The notes beneath the pieces are model-generated. The model had not been told where the DNA came from. It saw only the letters and a program-made list of their open reading frames with translations, and made no database searches. Below, piece after piece: positions 1-14,128 of a stretch of 64,000 nucleotides of DNA (within the stretch, counting starts at the first letter, position 1; each line of letters opens with the position of its first letter). Made by a program: the position numbers and the translations under genes. Source of the stretch: Octopus sinensis (Eukaryota); NCBI RefSeq assembly GCF_006345805.1, contig NC_043008.1:28706001-28770000 (forward strand), written 5' to 3'.

Positions 1-2735
1 TTCTAGTAGTATTTGTTTCACGATATAATTTCGAAGATCTTTCCGCCAGAAATGTTACGAAATTGTCTTTACATCTAAAAAACATTTTGCATTGCATAAA
101 AGGTTTCAGGTATTTTGTCATTGATGAAAATATTAGATGTCCCCAGTCCAAGCGTTTCCATCAGAGTGTTTCGCTATTAAAGAAAATGATAGCCTAATGA
201 ACAGCAACAGTATGTTGTAAAGTGTTGTAAAATTATGCAATGTAACATATACGAATTGTGAAGACATATTCTTACATATAATTATTCTTCCTTATCCAGA
301 ATATTACGGGTAACAGCATTGAAGTCCCAATAAAGCTTTAGTATCGTGTCATGCCACAACGTAGCTTAGATACTATACTCGGATTGAAGACACTACTGGC
401 TTTACATTATACTTACCGATGATCAGATTTTTACATAGTGAATTACGTTGAGAAATCCAGTTTAGCATGTTTCATGCACACGGTATTGCCTATAAACGGT
501 AAGGAAAATACCAATTGAAAGGATAATATTTATTGTGCTAGCAAATTTCAAAAAATCTGACGTGCTACTGTTGCATGAGTAACAAATTGGCCATACAACG
601 TGAGTAGTATCTGTGTTTCAGGCTGTTTAGAGCTCTTCACCAAAGCTCACAGGATTTAGTCTTCGCTAAATAATTTAATATGCATCGTTGTTATTATGTA
701 CCATATTGTCTGCAAACTTTACATATTTTCATTTGTTTGAGGTTATTTGATGGCCTAATTCAATATTAGATTATCTAACACGGCCTTAGGCTATGTAAGC
801 TAAGAGATCAAAGTCATATTTAATGTTGGAAATATATAAAATGCACACATGGACGATAAATGTGAATTAGACATTCATACCATAGGAATGTTCTTTGCAT
901 TAAGATATGAACGAAAATTAGTAGATACGACAGTAAACAACCTGAATCTACACTTTGGAAATGTATACATGTGTCTGTGTGTGTCTAGTTTTGTTGGTAT
1001 ATGTAACTATGGTTGTGGAAGTATTGTATGTGATTGGCTAGCGACCAGGATAATATTATTGATGAAACTCTAATATATTTATCTGACAATCAGAATTCAT
1101 TGCCAGATTCAGTTATATCAATACATACATAATGTGGACGTTACATACTTTAGCTGGAAGCATTCTCAATAAAATATTCAATACCAACTTATAGAAATGT
1201 GCAATAAAAATGATTTGTTACTGGGTACCAATAAGAATAGAATACAATAGTTATATGTTATCATATAAATCTGTAATAAGACTTACCCAAATTTATGAGA
1301 ATATTTATTAAAGAACATCAATGTTTGCACCATAAGAATTACAGTTAGAGTGTATCTATTAAACATACCACAATGCAGGTATATATGTCGTGAAGTATGT
1401 ATTGCATTTCCAGATAAAATCAAATTTAAAGTATTAAAACTAAAGTGATTATGCAACGTAATTTTTCAAGGCTCACGGAAAAAAATATTGCAGGTTTGGC
1501 ATTGTCTCTATACACACATCAACCAATAGTAAATTTACTTTGTATATAATCAAATGCTCACTGAAATATATAATTTAGCGTAAAGTTTACAATAAATCTA
1601 TCAAAACTGTACTACATCAAGAAATTAAACAAGGCAAATATATTAATCGACCATTTAAACAGAATACTGATATGTGAAAAATTAATTACAATATTTTTCC
1701 TGAAATATACTGAAAGAGCTATATTGCTGTTAATTTATATTGAACACTGAGATTATCGTAAACACGAAGAAGGACAGCAAGAAGTCGAGACTTATTACAT
1801 ACATATTCTCGGTAGTGTAAAGAAATTGTTGAGTCTGCTGCCAACGAAATTATACATGAACAGATAAACGATTACATGCATATTCTCTTTGAAAGAAAAT
1901 TTAATTCTATGCTCCAATATACATATTTAAAATCCAATAACGTTCTGCATTATTCGAGAACACATACTACTCTAGACCGGCAATACATTCGAAATAGATA
2001 ACATGCCCGGAATCTCAGTGGATCATAAATGTTCCATTGAAAATTATGTCTAATATATTCATAGAAAACTATTATTTATTGAACATCGACTCTGATTGTA
2101 CACGTTTAATCAAAGTATTCGATAGCTAAACAACTAGAAAATGAAAATATCTTCATATATTGTCACGCATTCGACGTAAATAATATGAACTATTTAGTAA
2201 TATGACTAGATTACGCTCTCAGAAATTTATCTGTCATCCTTATAGTTAATAGTTAGATATGGGGAACATTCAACAAAATATTCTAATATATGAAAACAAA
2301 AGCAATTTATGCAAAAATAATCCAATAGTAATATTATAGTTTTACGAACATATGGAATATCAGAATTGGTAAGGCAACATATCTGCAATGATATATTGCA
2401 AAGTCTATTCCAGGATTTACAATAACGTGCCATATTTTAAACTGTAAGTTGATCAGTAACGGCATTATTTACAGTGAGCAAATCTCAATCGGGCTGACTA
2501 TAAAAGGGAAATAAAGCCGTTTCAATTTACCATTGCCCTTCGTAAATTTAATAAAGGATTTGCTACACGATTATTGTCTGACTTTATTATCCTGACGTTT
2601 CTGTAGTGTGTATTATTCGCAAACAAAATTATTCTCACCTCTACTATGTTAGGTATTTATATCAGCAGCTTCAAAATGTCCTTATTTGTATTGCTTTCCC
2701 TCTCCCTCTATCTTTTTGTTTCCCGCCTTTCTATT

Positions 2736-2776
2736 TCTCTCTCTCTCTTTCTCTCTCTTCTCTCCCACTCTCTCTC

Positions 2777-2809
<33 letters not shown>
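2736..2809. repeat. (CT)n microsatellite
   Basis: Direct CT/TC dinucleotide run; source of the poly-SL/RE ORFs. Confidence 0.95.
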
Positions 2810-2810
<1 letters not shown>

Positions 2811-3590
2811 CGTATATTGCAGTCTACAAAGCTTGTGTTTCCAGCGTTTATGGAGGGAAGACCTAGAACATCTAATGTAAGCAAGGAAAAGTCTGCCACA
2901 ATTTGTGTAGGCCTTCGCTTGCGCATACTGGATACGAAGTGGACTTACCAAGCTAAGAGAAACGAAGTTGTGGTTCATGGATACTAAACCTTCGCATCCT
3001 ATAGTGACGACGATGATTTGCATATGTGGACCAGTTTCACCACAAGAAAGGTGGGAATATCCTTAAAGAAACTGCTCCATGCGAAGAGAACTAATTTCGC
3101 TTAAGAATACAAGAGTGACACCGGTTTTGCTTAAGAAATAAAGCCTACAATGAATATATGAAGTCACTTTGCATGATCGTTCAAAGATAGTAGAAGGTTG
3201 TTGGCGATTGCTTCCATCGCATTCTGATGTGAGATGAGGATTAAAACATAAAACAGGAAATTGATCATCGTTCATAAGAACAAAGAAAATTTGACAAGGA
3301 TGTGAATCGCGACAAGTGTTTTCAAATACTTTCATTAATGAATCACTCACTAGCAAATAGGACTATAAAACGTGGGGCAGTTGTTTTGGACACGCAGATA
3401 CATAGATTTGTGAGATTACACTATACCGCTTGGTTCAACTACTTTACTCCTTCCTAAACGGAGATCATATCAATGTGAACACTAACCAAGCACTCCTATG
3501 CTTATGGGTATAGTTTCACCAAAACATATTTCATTTATTGCGAAGCAGGTATACAGAAACTATTCGATTTCTCGTACACCTATGAACAAA

Positions 3591-3813
3591 TCTATTATAT
3601 AAAATCCGTTCTGTGTGTGTGTCTGTGTGTCTTCTATGATCTCGGGCATCCTCCATCCGATTGCTCTCAAATTTGATATGTAGATACCGACGGTATCAGG
3701 GGCGTGTATAAGTCTTGAAAAATTTACAAAAATCGATTCCAGGTGAGAATGCGATCGATAAAGCCGTGGGAACGTGCATTTGTACGCTCAAGTACATCAG
3801 CTTTTGCAACTAG
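3591..3813 (+). mobile_element. Possible non-autonomous Helitron-like element
   Basis: Starts A|TCTATTATATAAAATCC, followed by a short (TG)n/TCTG tract, the same layout as the element at 34192-34562. CTAG at 3810-3813, but no clear 3' hairpin and no T after CTAG. Confidence 0.4.
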
Positions 3814-4832
3814 CTTTTCCATGCCCTTGAAATCACGTAAAGTAAGTTAGCTTAAAATTAGTTACTTAGTTCCCTAGGTTGTTGCTTTTCATAAAAAATC
3901 GCCCCAACTTGATTTCCTACATGTTTTATTGGATAAACCTATTATTGTCGCAGGTACTTTTTCATAAATTCATCATGTTTTTCCATCTAGATTTACCTCC
4001 AGTTAACTCATTTGCATGCATCGTTTTTGTCCTGCTTTTCTTCCGTTAACCTGAACATAACTGCCCCTTCCGTATTTTGTTGATTTTGTACTTTCTTTCC
4101 TGCCAAGCTTACTGTTTAAACCATGTTTGTGTTCTCCCAGTCAACAGCCTGGTACTTTAAACTCTTCGGTTGCATATTCGTGTGAATAAACTCTTTATTT
4201 CTTCTTTTGATGGTGTCTCAAATTTAGGTTAAATAAATGTTTCTCAAAGGGGAGGCCTATGGGACGGCCGGACAAGTGGTTTTGAGAAAGTTTGGTTTAA
4301 ATGTTTGACAACTCAGCACCGTCTATTGGACGGGGGGGGGGCGCGTTTTGCTCGTATATATATATTTTGATATCGTACATAATTTTATCTTATTATTTTA
4401 TTTTATTTGTCCGAACTCAGAAAGTATTTGAAAATGTGATTCCAATTATGAGTGTCCCTGGAGATTTACATCGAATATATGCCCAATATGTGCAAACTAT
4501 TTCCTGAAAACGCGTACCTGTCAAAATGCTGATGAAGTAGTGGGGTTTCACCAAATATCTAATGCTGATATGATGATTTGTCGGTCCACCTCTCATGAAA
4601 CAATGTTTCGCTCCCAGTATAGCCATTTATATATAAATATGAATTGACTAGTTTTGACCCTTGTTTACTATTCACCAAGTGATTGCTAGATTTTGCCCTT
4701 AAAATTTTGCACAAAGCCATAATCACTGTTAAGAATCTGGTACGAGTTTCATTAAAACATTTACTTGAATGAATAAATTAAATTATATATATATATATAT
4801 ATATGTAAATTGATAATTATGAAAATATTATT

Positions 4833-5062
4833 TAGAGAAGTTGTATACTGTCAACTTAACGTGACAGTCCCATAAAGAGAATCACACCATCACTATTTAG
4901 CCATAGAAAGCATCAAGGTGTCCCCAACCCCTTGAAAACATAAGGAGACAGGAAATGTGTCTAGGCCGACAGGAAGCGTTGATGCTTCTTAGGGATAAAT
5001 AGCGGTTGTGTGATTCCATTTATGGGACTGTCACGTTAAGTTGACAGTATACAACTGCTCTA
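4833..5062. mobile_element. MITE with long terminal inverted repeats
   Basis: Perfect 38-bp inverted repeat at 4839-4876/5019-5056 (AGTTGTATACTGTCAACTTAACGTGACAGTCCCATAAA). Pairing continues imperfectly inward and outward to flanking TA dinucleotides. No ORF. Confidence 0.8.
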
Positions 5063-5239
5063 TCGTGCTACCACTGCTTATATCTCTCCGAGGTATTTAG
5101 AAATGTAATATTTCTATTATTTAGAGAGTTGTTGAATAACGAAGCAGAAAAAAGGAAATTGTTGGTATTGATTATTCTTCATTTCAATTGTTTCTTTTGT
5201 AAAGAGGAATTACAGATATTTAAATGTTGTACATACATG

Positions 5240-6020
5240 TAAGGGATTCCGGTCCGACAACTGATGAGGAATTATCTTCTTTCGTATTTTGTCCTCTACT
5301 TTTCTTTCGAGTGTTTACGTATTTTTCACTTGTTGGTGGTGACCTGTTCACAATGAGCATTTTATATTTTATCTTTTTATAATCGAACGCCACACCGCCT
5401 TGACCACAGTGAGTTCTTAAATCTATATATTATTTCTGTGACTACACACTGTTTTCTTTTATCTCCTGTATCCCACAATAACTTCTTTGCTTCCCTTATC
5501 TGTCTATTTTCCAATGCTTACTATCTGTAGTTCCTTCTCCCTTCTATTCCCTCCTTTTGTTTATTTCCGTCATCCTCTCTTTTCTACCACTTCCTCTCTG
5601 CTTTTATTACTCTCACGTGACTACAAGCCATTTCCCTTGTCCCTGTCTTTCTAGTCTAGACGTTCACTCAGCTGGAGGTCAGTTTTCTCGACTCCTGACA
5701 TATTTCTTCTAATATGTTCTTCTAATTATTCTATTATATTTTATTTTATTCTATTTATTTGTATTTCATTGAAAAAATTTCTCCTAGGCGTTACCCATTA
5801 CAATTTCTCTTGACCTAAGAACCTTTTATGTTTGTCTTTATCGACTGTTTACACTTTACGTATTTACTGTCTTGTTTTTTTCTTCGGATCTCTGACCCAC
5901 AATGAATTTTATATTTTTAAAGTTTCAAGAAACTGCTGTCTTATGGAGTTTCCCTATATTGTCGTTATAATCACGAAATAGGTATAATAAACAGTCCGAC
6001 ATCTGACGTCTTTTGTCCTG
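5240..6020 (+). repeat. Pyrimidine-rich Penelope pLTR-like remnant
   Basis: Shares motifs (ATATTGTCGTT...CCGACAA...CTGACGTC...TGTAC) with the 3' region of the Penelope-like element at 18325-18500 (minus strand). Confidence 0.35.
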
Positions 6021-6022
6021 TA

Positions 6023-6175
6023 CTCATCATCATCATCATCATCATCATCACCACCACCACCACCGCCACCACAATCATCATCACCATCGCCATCATCACC
6101 ATCATCACCATCATCATCGTTGTCGTCGTCGTCGTCGTCATCCTTATTATTATTATTACTATTATTATTATAATT

Positions 6176-6207
<32 letters not shown>

Positions 6208-6349
6208 TTATATATATACATGTAAATATATGTATATATATATGTATGTCTGTATCTATCTATATACATATTTATACATATCTATATATATGTACACATA
6301 TGTATATATATATGTATGTATATATATTTAAATATATATATATATATAT

Positions 6350-6383
<34 letters not shown>

Positions 6384-6450
6384 ATACAAGCGTATATATA
6401 TATGTGTATATAGATATATACGTGCGTGTGTGTGTTTGTGTCTGTACGTG
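6023..6450. repeat. Compound microsatellite (CAT/CAC/CGT/TAT/TA/TG)
   Basis: Successive tri- and dinucleotide runs visible directly. Confidence 0.95.
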
Positions 6451-7329
6451 TGTGTACGTCGCTGTGTGTATTCTTTATAGTGCTAACAAATAACACTAAT
6501 TGTTGTTTTAACTCACTGAGAATTCAATGGTATAATACCCAGCAAGTACTGGTGTTTTACATTTTATCATGCCTAGATTGGAATGAATTCTGTAACAAAA
6601 TTCTCCTTCAATCACTTTGACACTTTGTCCTCCCTCTTTTTTTTAATCTGTGTATATATATTTTTATATAAAAATTATAAAAGTTTTTGAATGACACAAC
6701 AACGCACTATAATACCAACGATGAACAATAATAACTTGTAATCTAATAATCTATAGTCTGATATGATATTTCGAAATAAAAATTCTTTCTTCAGATAACC
6801 CAAGGAATTGATGGAGTCACTGCTATAATCGGTTTTCCAACGGCATTTCTGATTTCATTTTTCTGGAAGCCTCTCAACAGTGGTCTCATGAAGTTCCTTC
6901 CGGAATTCCTCATGAGAAGTGCATGAAGTCGGCTATGTCTCAAGCTCGTGTGTGCTGGCACATTCGTAGCGCTGCTTCTAAGTTATGTGTTATACGTGCA
7001 GCTTCCTTTTTTTTTACCATTTCATTTTCCTCGTATAAAAGAGAGCTAAAATGTCTGTCTGGTAATATTCGTGACATTTCCCTTTTGTATGTAGTTGGAA
7101 ATGTACTTGCCCGCATATATACACACACACGCACACGCACACATATTTATATGTAATTATATACAAATAGATGTCGGTTTATATATTTAGATGTCAGTTT
7201 TATTTTAGAAATTTACTCAGATCAATTTTAATCCAAACAATCTATGAGAAGATTTCAAAACAAAAGTATTTCAAGCTGCAGGGTTTTCAGTGTCATGTAA
7301 ATCACGTAAATACAGCGACTGGTTTTCAG

Positions 7330-8025
7330 GCAAATCACCAGAAATTCATGATCTACTTTTAGAGAAACAAAACTTAGGCAATAAACTTCTTTCTCAGCCC
7401 TTAAACACCAACTCAAACGAAGGTAACAGATAGCTGAAAGGCAACGTGCAGATTGCTCTAATGAAAATTAAACTAAAATGATGGAATGACAGAGCAAAGG
7501 GGTGCAAGAAGTAGATGATAGCAATACTGCCAAGTGTTTGTAGTCTTCTGTTAAAGAGGTATATATGCCAAAATATTCTTCAGCAGCTCCAGTGAGAACA
7601 GCAAATGGACTTTTGCTTTTGACTGACATCGCTTCTATTCATAAAACTGGGTAGAACGTTTCTTTGCAGTTTTGAATAGACCATCATCTGTTGACAGGAG
7701 GATGGTAAAAAATCGAACACCTTCCATTTATAGGGGAGATAACATTTGAACCAAATCTAAATTACATTTACTTAGCTGTCAGTAAGCTGTATGTGGAGGC
7801 GCGGGGCTTAGTGGTTCGGGTGTCAGGGTGAACATATTTTAATAGCGCGTATACTATAATGTCTGCCAGCTTAATGGAGGCATCAAGATACATTTTAAGT
7901 TCCTCAAAGATCAGAACTTACCTGCACTTCTTGGTGGTCCAAATATGATATGCTATTTATGTAGGCACCTTTTGAATACAATGTCTGGTTTTAAAAGCCA
8001 CATCGGAGTTCATGGATCTAAAGTG
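7330..8025 (+). mobile_element. RTE/BovB-like LINE fragments (EN-RT linker plus 3' end), internally deleted
   Basis: Translates to DRAKGVQEVDDSN...VKEVYMPK...APVRTANGLLLLTD (RTE linker motif), then CYLCRHLLNTMSGFKSHIGVH (RTE C-terminal Cys/His motif). A SINE head is inserted near 7795. Confidence 0.7.
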
Positions 8026-9544
8026 TAAGTATATGAGTGTGTACATACATACATACCTACAAATATACACGCATAAGCACATACATACATATACATACAA
8101 GCACACATTCATAAACACACATGCACACATATATGCGTAGATAGTCAGAGGGAGAAGGATCAATATTTCTCAATTTGAAAGATGCAAGGTTAAATGTGAA
8201 TAAAGAGTTAAGTATTTTATCCTTTGAAATTCAGACATCGTGAAAACATTCTTTTTAATATGTTTCAAGAAGCTGCTTGAGCAATTATTATCAGCATGTA
8301 ACAAATGACCATCTCTTTTGCTGCGTCCCAAATGACTTATTGAGAGAGAAATGAGTTGGACATAATTCGCGCCACAATTTGTGTGTTATTTAACAATTTT
8401 CTTGGGTTCAAAATATTGTAAAGTCATTTTATATATTAGATTTATGTGACAAAGAAATAATATGCTTCCGCATCCTCATCTTCATCCTCCTCAGCCATTT
8501 CCTCCTTCTCTTTCTTCTCCTGTTCCTCCCCTACTCCTCCTCACCCCCAACTCCTTCTTCTCCACATATCACAGACTATTTCTACGTAGATAGGAAAAGC
8601 CATGGAGTTCAGTGTCATATGTTTATTCAAGCGATCACTGAATTTTACTATTTATTAGGTGTGACCTATCCTCGTATGTTTCATTTTCGTGGCCATTTCC
8701 TTACTTTACTACAAGTGCCTGTAACCTATTTTCTACTTATTTCATTGTAATCTTAGTGCTTGAATACCAGTTAAGTTTCAATAAAACCCATTGTCATTTT
8801 ACACACTATTTTTAGTCCACTTTTTTGCCCACAATAATCATACATAACATTATAAGTGTATGTGTGTGGGTGAGCGTGAGCGCACACGAGGGAGTGTGAG
8901 TGAGCATGTGTCTGTGTGTGTGCGTGTGCTTGTATATGAGTGTATGTGCTTGTGTGTTTCTCTGTGTTTGTGCGTGTTTGTGTGATTGTGTTTGTGTCTG
9001 CCCGTATGCTTATGTGTTTGTTTGTGTGTGTATGACCACATTTTCAATTTTTCCAATCAATTTCATAGCAGACAGTTTCATATAGTAGAATGATCATACA
9101 TAATATTTTAATAATGTTTTTCTCGTTTCAATATTTGATCTTCTTCATATTACTGCTTATGGTATTTTTTCGATTGATACTCTTGGCATCTGAATCCGTT
9201 TGATTTTTGTTTCAGTTTCCAGTATTGTTTGCATATATCAGCAGAATAGAATATTTGGTGTCTGGTCAACTTGTTTTATGTTTTATTCAATTGTAATGTA
9301 GTTGGCGACGGTTGTTTCTTGATAATTAACATAAATTTCGTTATATTCATATTTACTGTATTGGACTTTACTTTTGTTCTTGCACTCTGGCTAAAATAAC
9401 CAAAATTAATAAAGTGAAAAGGCATATCCTCTGCAATATCAGAATGTATGTTTTACAAGACTCGATATTGTTTGTGTTACGATGTTTTGCATCCATTCAT
9501 TGGCTCCGATTTCAGGCTTGCATGCAATCACATACACACAGAAT

Positions 9545-9547
<3 letters not shown>

Positions 9548-9637
<90 letters not shown>

Positions 9638-9645
9638 TATATATC
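9548..9645. repeat. (TA)n microsatellite, one of many (also ~11200, 13300-13520, 14910-15040, 25520-25660, 26955-27140, 28010-28290, 32620-32760, 36640-36870)
   Basis: Direct. Confidence 0.95.
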
Positions 9646-9701
9646 TGCATGTATACACATATATATACATAAATACACATGCATAGATACTCACACACCC
9701 C

Positions 9702-9734
<33 letters not shown>

Positions 9735-9890
9735 GTACGTATATACATGCATACAGACAGACCAATAAACTTACACTAAAACCTAGAAATAAACGCGCGT
9801 AACAAACTGACGCTAAATCTCAATGCACAATTTACTAGTAGTGCAGTGAACATTTGTAAATTTTCCCAAAACTCTCCGTCTGAGATCTTT

Positions 9891-9934
9891 ATGTTAATAG
9901 ATGCACACACCTAAGTGTGTGCATCTATTAACAT
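9891..9934. repeat. Perfect 20-bp inverted repeat with 4-nt loop
   Basis: ATGTTAATAGATGCACACAC-CTAA-GTGTGTGCATCTATTAACAT. Confidence 0.95.
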
Positions 9935-10956
9935 TTTAACCAACACATTAACTCAACCAGATTTAAGCACACCAGGAACTCTGTTAATTCTAAAACCTAT
10001 ACCCCTTTGAGATCAGTTTTAATTCTCTAAAGCTCAACAATATTTATATATGTATCTTATCTCACAAGTTTGTATTCAACAATGTGCTGAGTGTTTCGAT
10101 AATTATTTTTCTACTTTTTCTACTGTTGTTAATAGTTTGCCCAAGCTATTCAGTGTCAATATCTTTCTTATTCTCTCGAATCTATGAAAAGGTAATTCTG
10201 CATATCGCCGGAAGGTTATTTTCACGATCATCTAATCGGTAAATTTGTAGTTGGATTTGAAACGGTGCTACAAATTTATGGTTTTCAGAAAATAGCCATC
10301 CCTTTCAGACAATTTTAACCCTTTGGCTATTTGATCTTTTTGACACCTTTTCAGAGGCAGCTGAGCAGAAAGAAATGCAATGTTTCTTCATTCTCGACAT
10401 ATAGTGAAAAAGTATCGTTATTTCTCTTCTTACCCGTGCAGATATATCAAATGGCACTGAGTGCATGTGTTCTTACTACCATGTTATTGGCTCACACACT
10501 TCATATTTGCCGATCTTACAAAGTATATCAACGCTATCTATCGTAAATTTATTAATACAAGGAACATTAACGCCGGCTCATTTTACTCTCCTTCTTCTCT
10601 ATTTACGACAGAGTGCTAAAATCACCTCCTTTGGGCAAACGAAAATAGAGGTGGACAAGTTAATAATCATTTTATATAAAATATTACCCTTACAGGTTCA
10701 CTCATTTATTGCAGTTGCCCTTCAGTTTCTGGAAACACAGTAAAAGAAATCGGAACGATACACCACTAACCAGGCATTTCACGATACCCTTGGAGCAAGA
10801 AGCTTTTCTGCAGCCTATCACATGAGCACAGAGACAGACACACGCAGGTACACACACTCACACAAACACACGTACACACACGTGGGCATGTATGAGTGTG
10901 GGCATATATGTGTGCGTGTGTGAGTGTGTTGTTCCTGGAGGTTGCTGTCAGGGCAA

Positions 10957-11006
<50 letters not shown>

Positions 11007-11199
11007 TGAAACAGCAAGTGAGTGTTTATGCACTTCAAGGAAAACAATCACTTCTTTTTTGTATTTTCTGCTTTTTAATTACAGAGAATTTTTTTATGGA
11101 TGAAAGGAAAGGGAAGTGAAAGAACATATACTTTCCCATAGCATTCTTTGTTATTACAAGAGTTACTAGAGTATCAGGTCCAGCATGAAAAAGCAATAT

Positions 11200-11288
<89 letters not shown>

Positions 11289-11346
11289 TATGTATATTTA
11301 TATTATTTATATATATACATATATACATATATATAAATAATATATG

Positions 11347-11411
<65 letters not shown>

Positions 11412-11419
11412 TGCGATAG

Positions 11420-12490
11420 ATAAATAGATAGATATTCAAGTCCCATCACGCCATTTATACTTCGTGATTGATGTTTGGTGCGCTTCGATAATAATTACGT
11501 TTTGTTTTTGTAGGTGGACGACAATGGAGAGCAACATTCGAGGTGGGACCTAGCAAATGTGGAGAAAAGTAGGATGATTATTTCATAATCCCGAGATGGA
11601 AAGTTCTGAAGATCCATGAGCAAATTCAGCGGGAAACATCAATTTTTTTGTTGGTGTGTAAACTCCAGCTAAGGTTGCTGTCGACTATTACACCTAAGTC
11701 TCAGATATTATCCACCGGCTCAAGTAGGTCTCCCGACGTTAGTGTATATGGTTGTTTGGGTTTTCCCTCTCTTCCAAAGTGGATGAGCTCAAATGTTTCC
11801 TCGTTTAAATGCATATTGTTTTATTGGGCCCACTGTTTTACTGCGCATATGTCAAATTGAATTATTCGATCATAGGCTCCCTTAATGATTTACTGGATCT
11901 TAGACAACAAAAGAGTGGACCCACCATGGTACCCTTCAGGACTCCACTGATGATTTTCCTGGTTTTGAGTAGATGCCATCAACCATAACATGCTAGATCC
12001 TGTTTGTTAAAAAATACCTAATCCATTGACGTAGGTCTCCAGCATCTCCAGCGTTGGATAGTGTTTTTAACAGTATATTGTTAAAGGCCTTAATGAAATC
12101 AAGGAACATGACATCCACGTTAGAGCCGTCACTTAATGCATTTAAGATGTCATCAAAATGTGTTAAACAGTCCCTCCCACCACGAAAGCCATGCTGGTTG
12201 CAATTTAGGAGATGATTGTGTTTTAGAATGGCTGTTACACTTGATCGCAGCACTCTCTCAAATACTTTCATGATATCTGAAGTGCGATTGGACGGTAGTT
12301 TACTGGGAGCGATTTATTCCTTTTTTTAAAGAGGGAGACGACAGAATGGGAGACAAGGGCTAAAACCAGCATCCAGTGATTTCCTCCAGAGATTTGCAAG
12401 AGAGGTTGCTAGCTAATGTCTGCATTCCTCTAGCACTCTAGCAGGGAACTTATCCGGACCCACTGCTGAATAAGGTTTTTATTTCTTTTA
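11420..12490 (-). mobile_element. CR1-clade LINE reverse transcriptase fragment (decayed)
   Basis: SAVGPDKFP, LWRKSLDAG, NYRPIAL, MKVFERVL...QHGFRGGR...VDVMFLDFIKAF, SGVLKGTMVGPLF (QG motif), DLGVIVDSNLSW and WIFRTF...RSHLECCSPL, with stops and frameshifts. Confidence 0.9.
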
Positions 12491-12533
12491 TTGCTGCTAG
12501 GATATTTGTGGCGTCGAATGTTATGTCGGAAAC

Positions 12534-12567
<34 letters not shown>

Positions 12568-13161
12568 AATAATGCCGTTACACAGCTTGTATACATATTT
12601 TTTTCTTATTTCGTTTATTTCCCCACCCCTCCTTTTTCTTTTTTCCTTCCCCCTTCTTCGTTCCTTTTTCTCTCTCTTCCTTTCTTTCGTTCCCCCCCTT
12701 ACTCAGTATATGAGAATCGCTACATAGATGATTTTAACTTGCGTGCGAGATGGATTGCGTACAAATATGTACGCATGCATTTATGTGTATATTTTAGATT
12801 TATATTTATACGTCTGTATATGTATTGCGTTTGCACGCATCCTTCTGTGTATGTTGATATATATATGTACATTTTAATATAAATATGTATTGCAGTGTAA
12901 TATTTATAACAGGTTTAATTTCTATGCATGAATTTATACTTTCTTCATATGTATTTTATTCAATGTAAGGTTTTTTCCTCGGATTTTATAAGTTTTATAA
13001 GTTTTTATATATATATACATATATTTTTGACCTTTTTGTTTATCGCTCGAAGATTGACCGTTTTTTCTAAAGGGCCAATCAAACAAGTCCATTTTTTTTA
13101 AAGGTGTAGCGTTTGTAAGAGTCTAGATTGAATTGATATATCGGTTCCATACTAGCAAAAA

Positions 13162-13199
13162 CTGTCTGATGAACGGCAACGAGAAACTCAGAGTAACAG
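13162..13199 (+). ncRNA. Type I hammerhead-ribozyme-like motif (C3:G8 core) in a pLTR remnant
   Basis: CTGT / CTGATGA / ACG-GCAA-CGA / GAAA / CT-CAG-AG / T A / ACAG. One stem II mismatch. A homologous copy lies at 26217-26254 (minus). Confidence 0.65.
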
Positions 13200-13319
13200 A
13201 TTTTGTTGAATTTTCTGCTGATTAAAATAAAGCATATTACTCTACCACTGGTATTTGAGTACTCTTTTTTCCACCTTGTTTCACATTTATGTGTTTACTC
13301 CTATATATATATATGTATA

Positions 13320-13385
<66 letters not shown>

Positions 13386-13451
13386 ATATGTATATATATA
13401 TATGTATAAATATATATATATATGTATAAATGTATATATATATATATACTT

Positions 13452-13527
<76 letters not shown>

Positions 13528-13678
13528 GAAATATTAAAATTACTAAGTCTCTCTAAAAGAGATTACGACAGCGTTACTGGAAATTAATTGTAATCGCCAT
13601 ATTAATATGGCAATCTTATATATATAAGACTAAAAGCTGTCGCTGATTAGCTCCATGAGGCCATCGCCTTAAGATACC

Positions 13679-14128
13679 TATATGACACACAAACTGCGTC
13701 CATGAGAACCTTCGAACAAGGGAGGTCAGCCGCTTCACACTGCTAGTCAGACAGCTACAGACCCGTTTCAGGGTATTTGCCCCTTGTCAATGTAGCGTAG
13801 TCGACTCAGCAGGTGTCGCCACTGATCGTTTCTGTTCGAAGGTTCTATTTACCTATTTTCGGTGTATTCCACCGAAAATAGGTAAATAGAACCTTCGAAC
13901 AGAGACGATCAGTGGCGACACCTGCTGAGTCGACTACGATACATTGACACCGAAAATAGGTAAATAGAACCTTCGAACAGAAACGATCAGTGGCGACACC
14001 TGCTGAGTCGACTACGCTACATTGACAAGGGGCAAATACCCTGAAACGCGTCTGTAGCTGTCTGACTAGTAGTGTGAAGCGGCTGACCTCCCTTGTTCGA
14101 AGGTTCTAATGGACACAGTTTGTGTGTC

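Noticed and set aside
300-498. Candidate exon with strong acceptor (TTCTTCCTTATCCAG) and donor (GTAAGG)
   Set aside because: Stops in all three frames; could only be non-coding, and there is no supporting evidence.
3880-4240. Possible solo LTR (pyrimidine-rich with AATAAA)
   Set aside because: No TG...CA ends or TSD identified.
6013-6225. Poly-His/Arg/Tyr ORF
   Set aside because: Translation of a compound trinucleotide microsatellite; no unique coding sequence or splice context.
11514-11568. Candidate 55-nt plus-strand exon
   Set aside because: It is the antisense of the CR1 RT fragment (RSHLECCSPL).
13870-14025. CRISPR-like or satellite array
   Set aside because: Only two tandem 78-bp units with no spacers; eukaryotic context with no cas genes.
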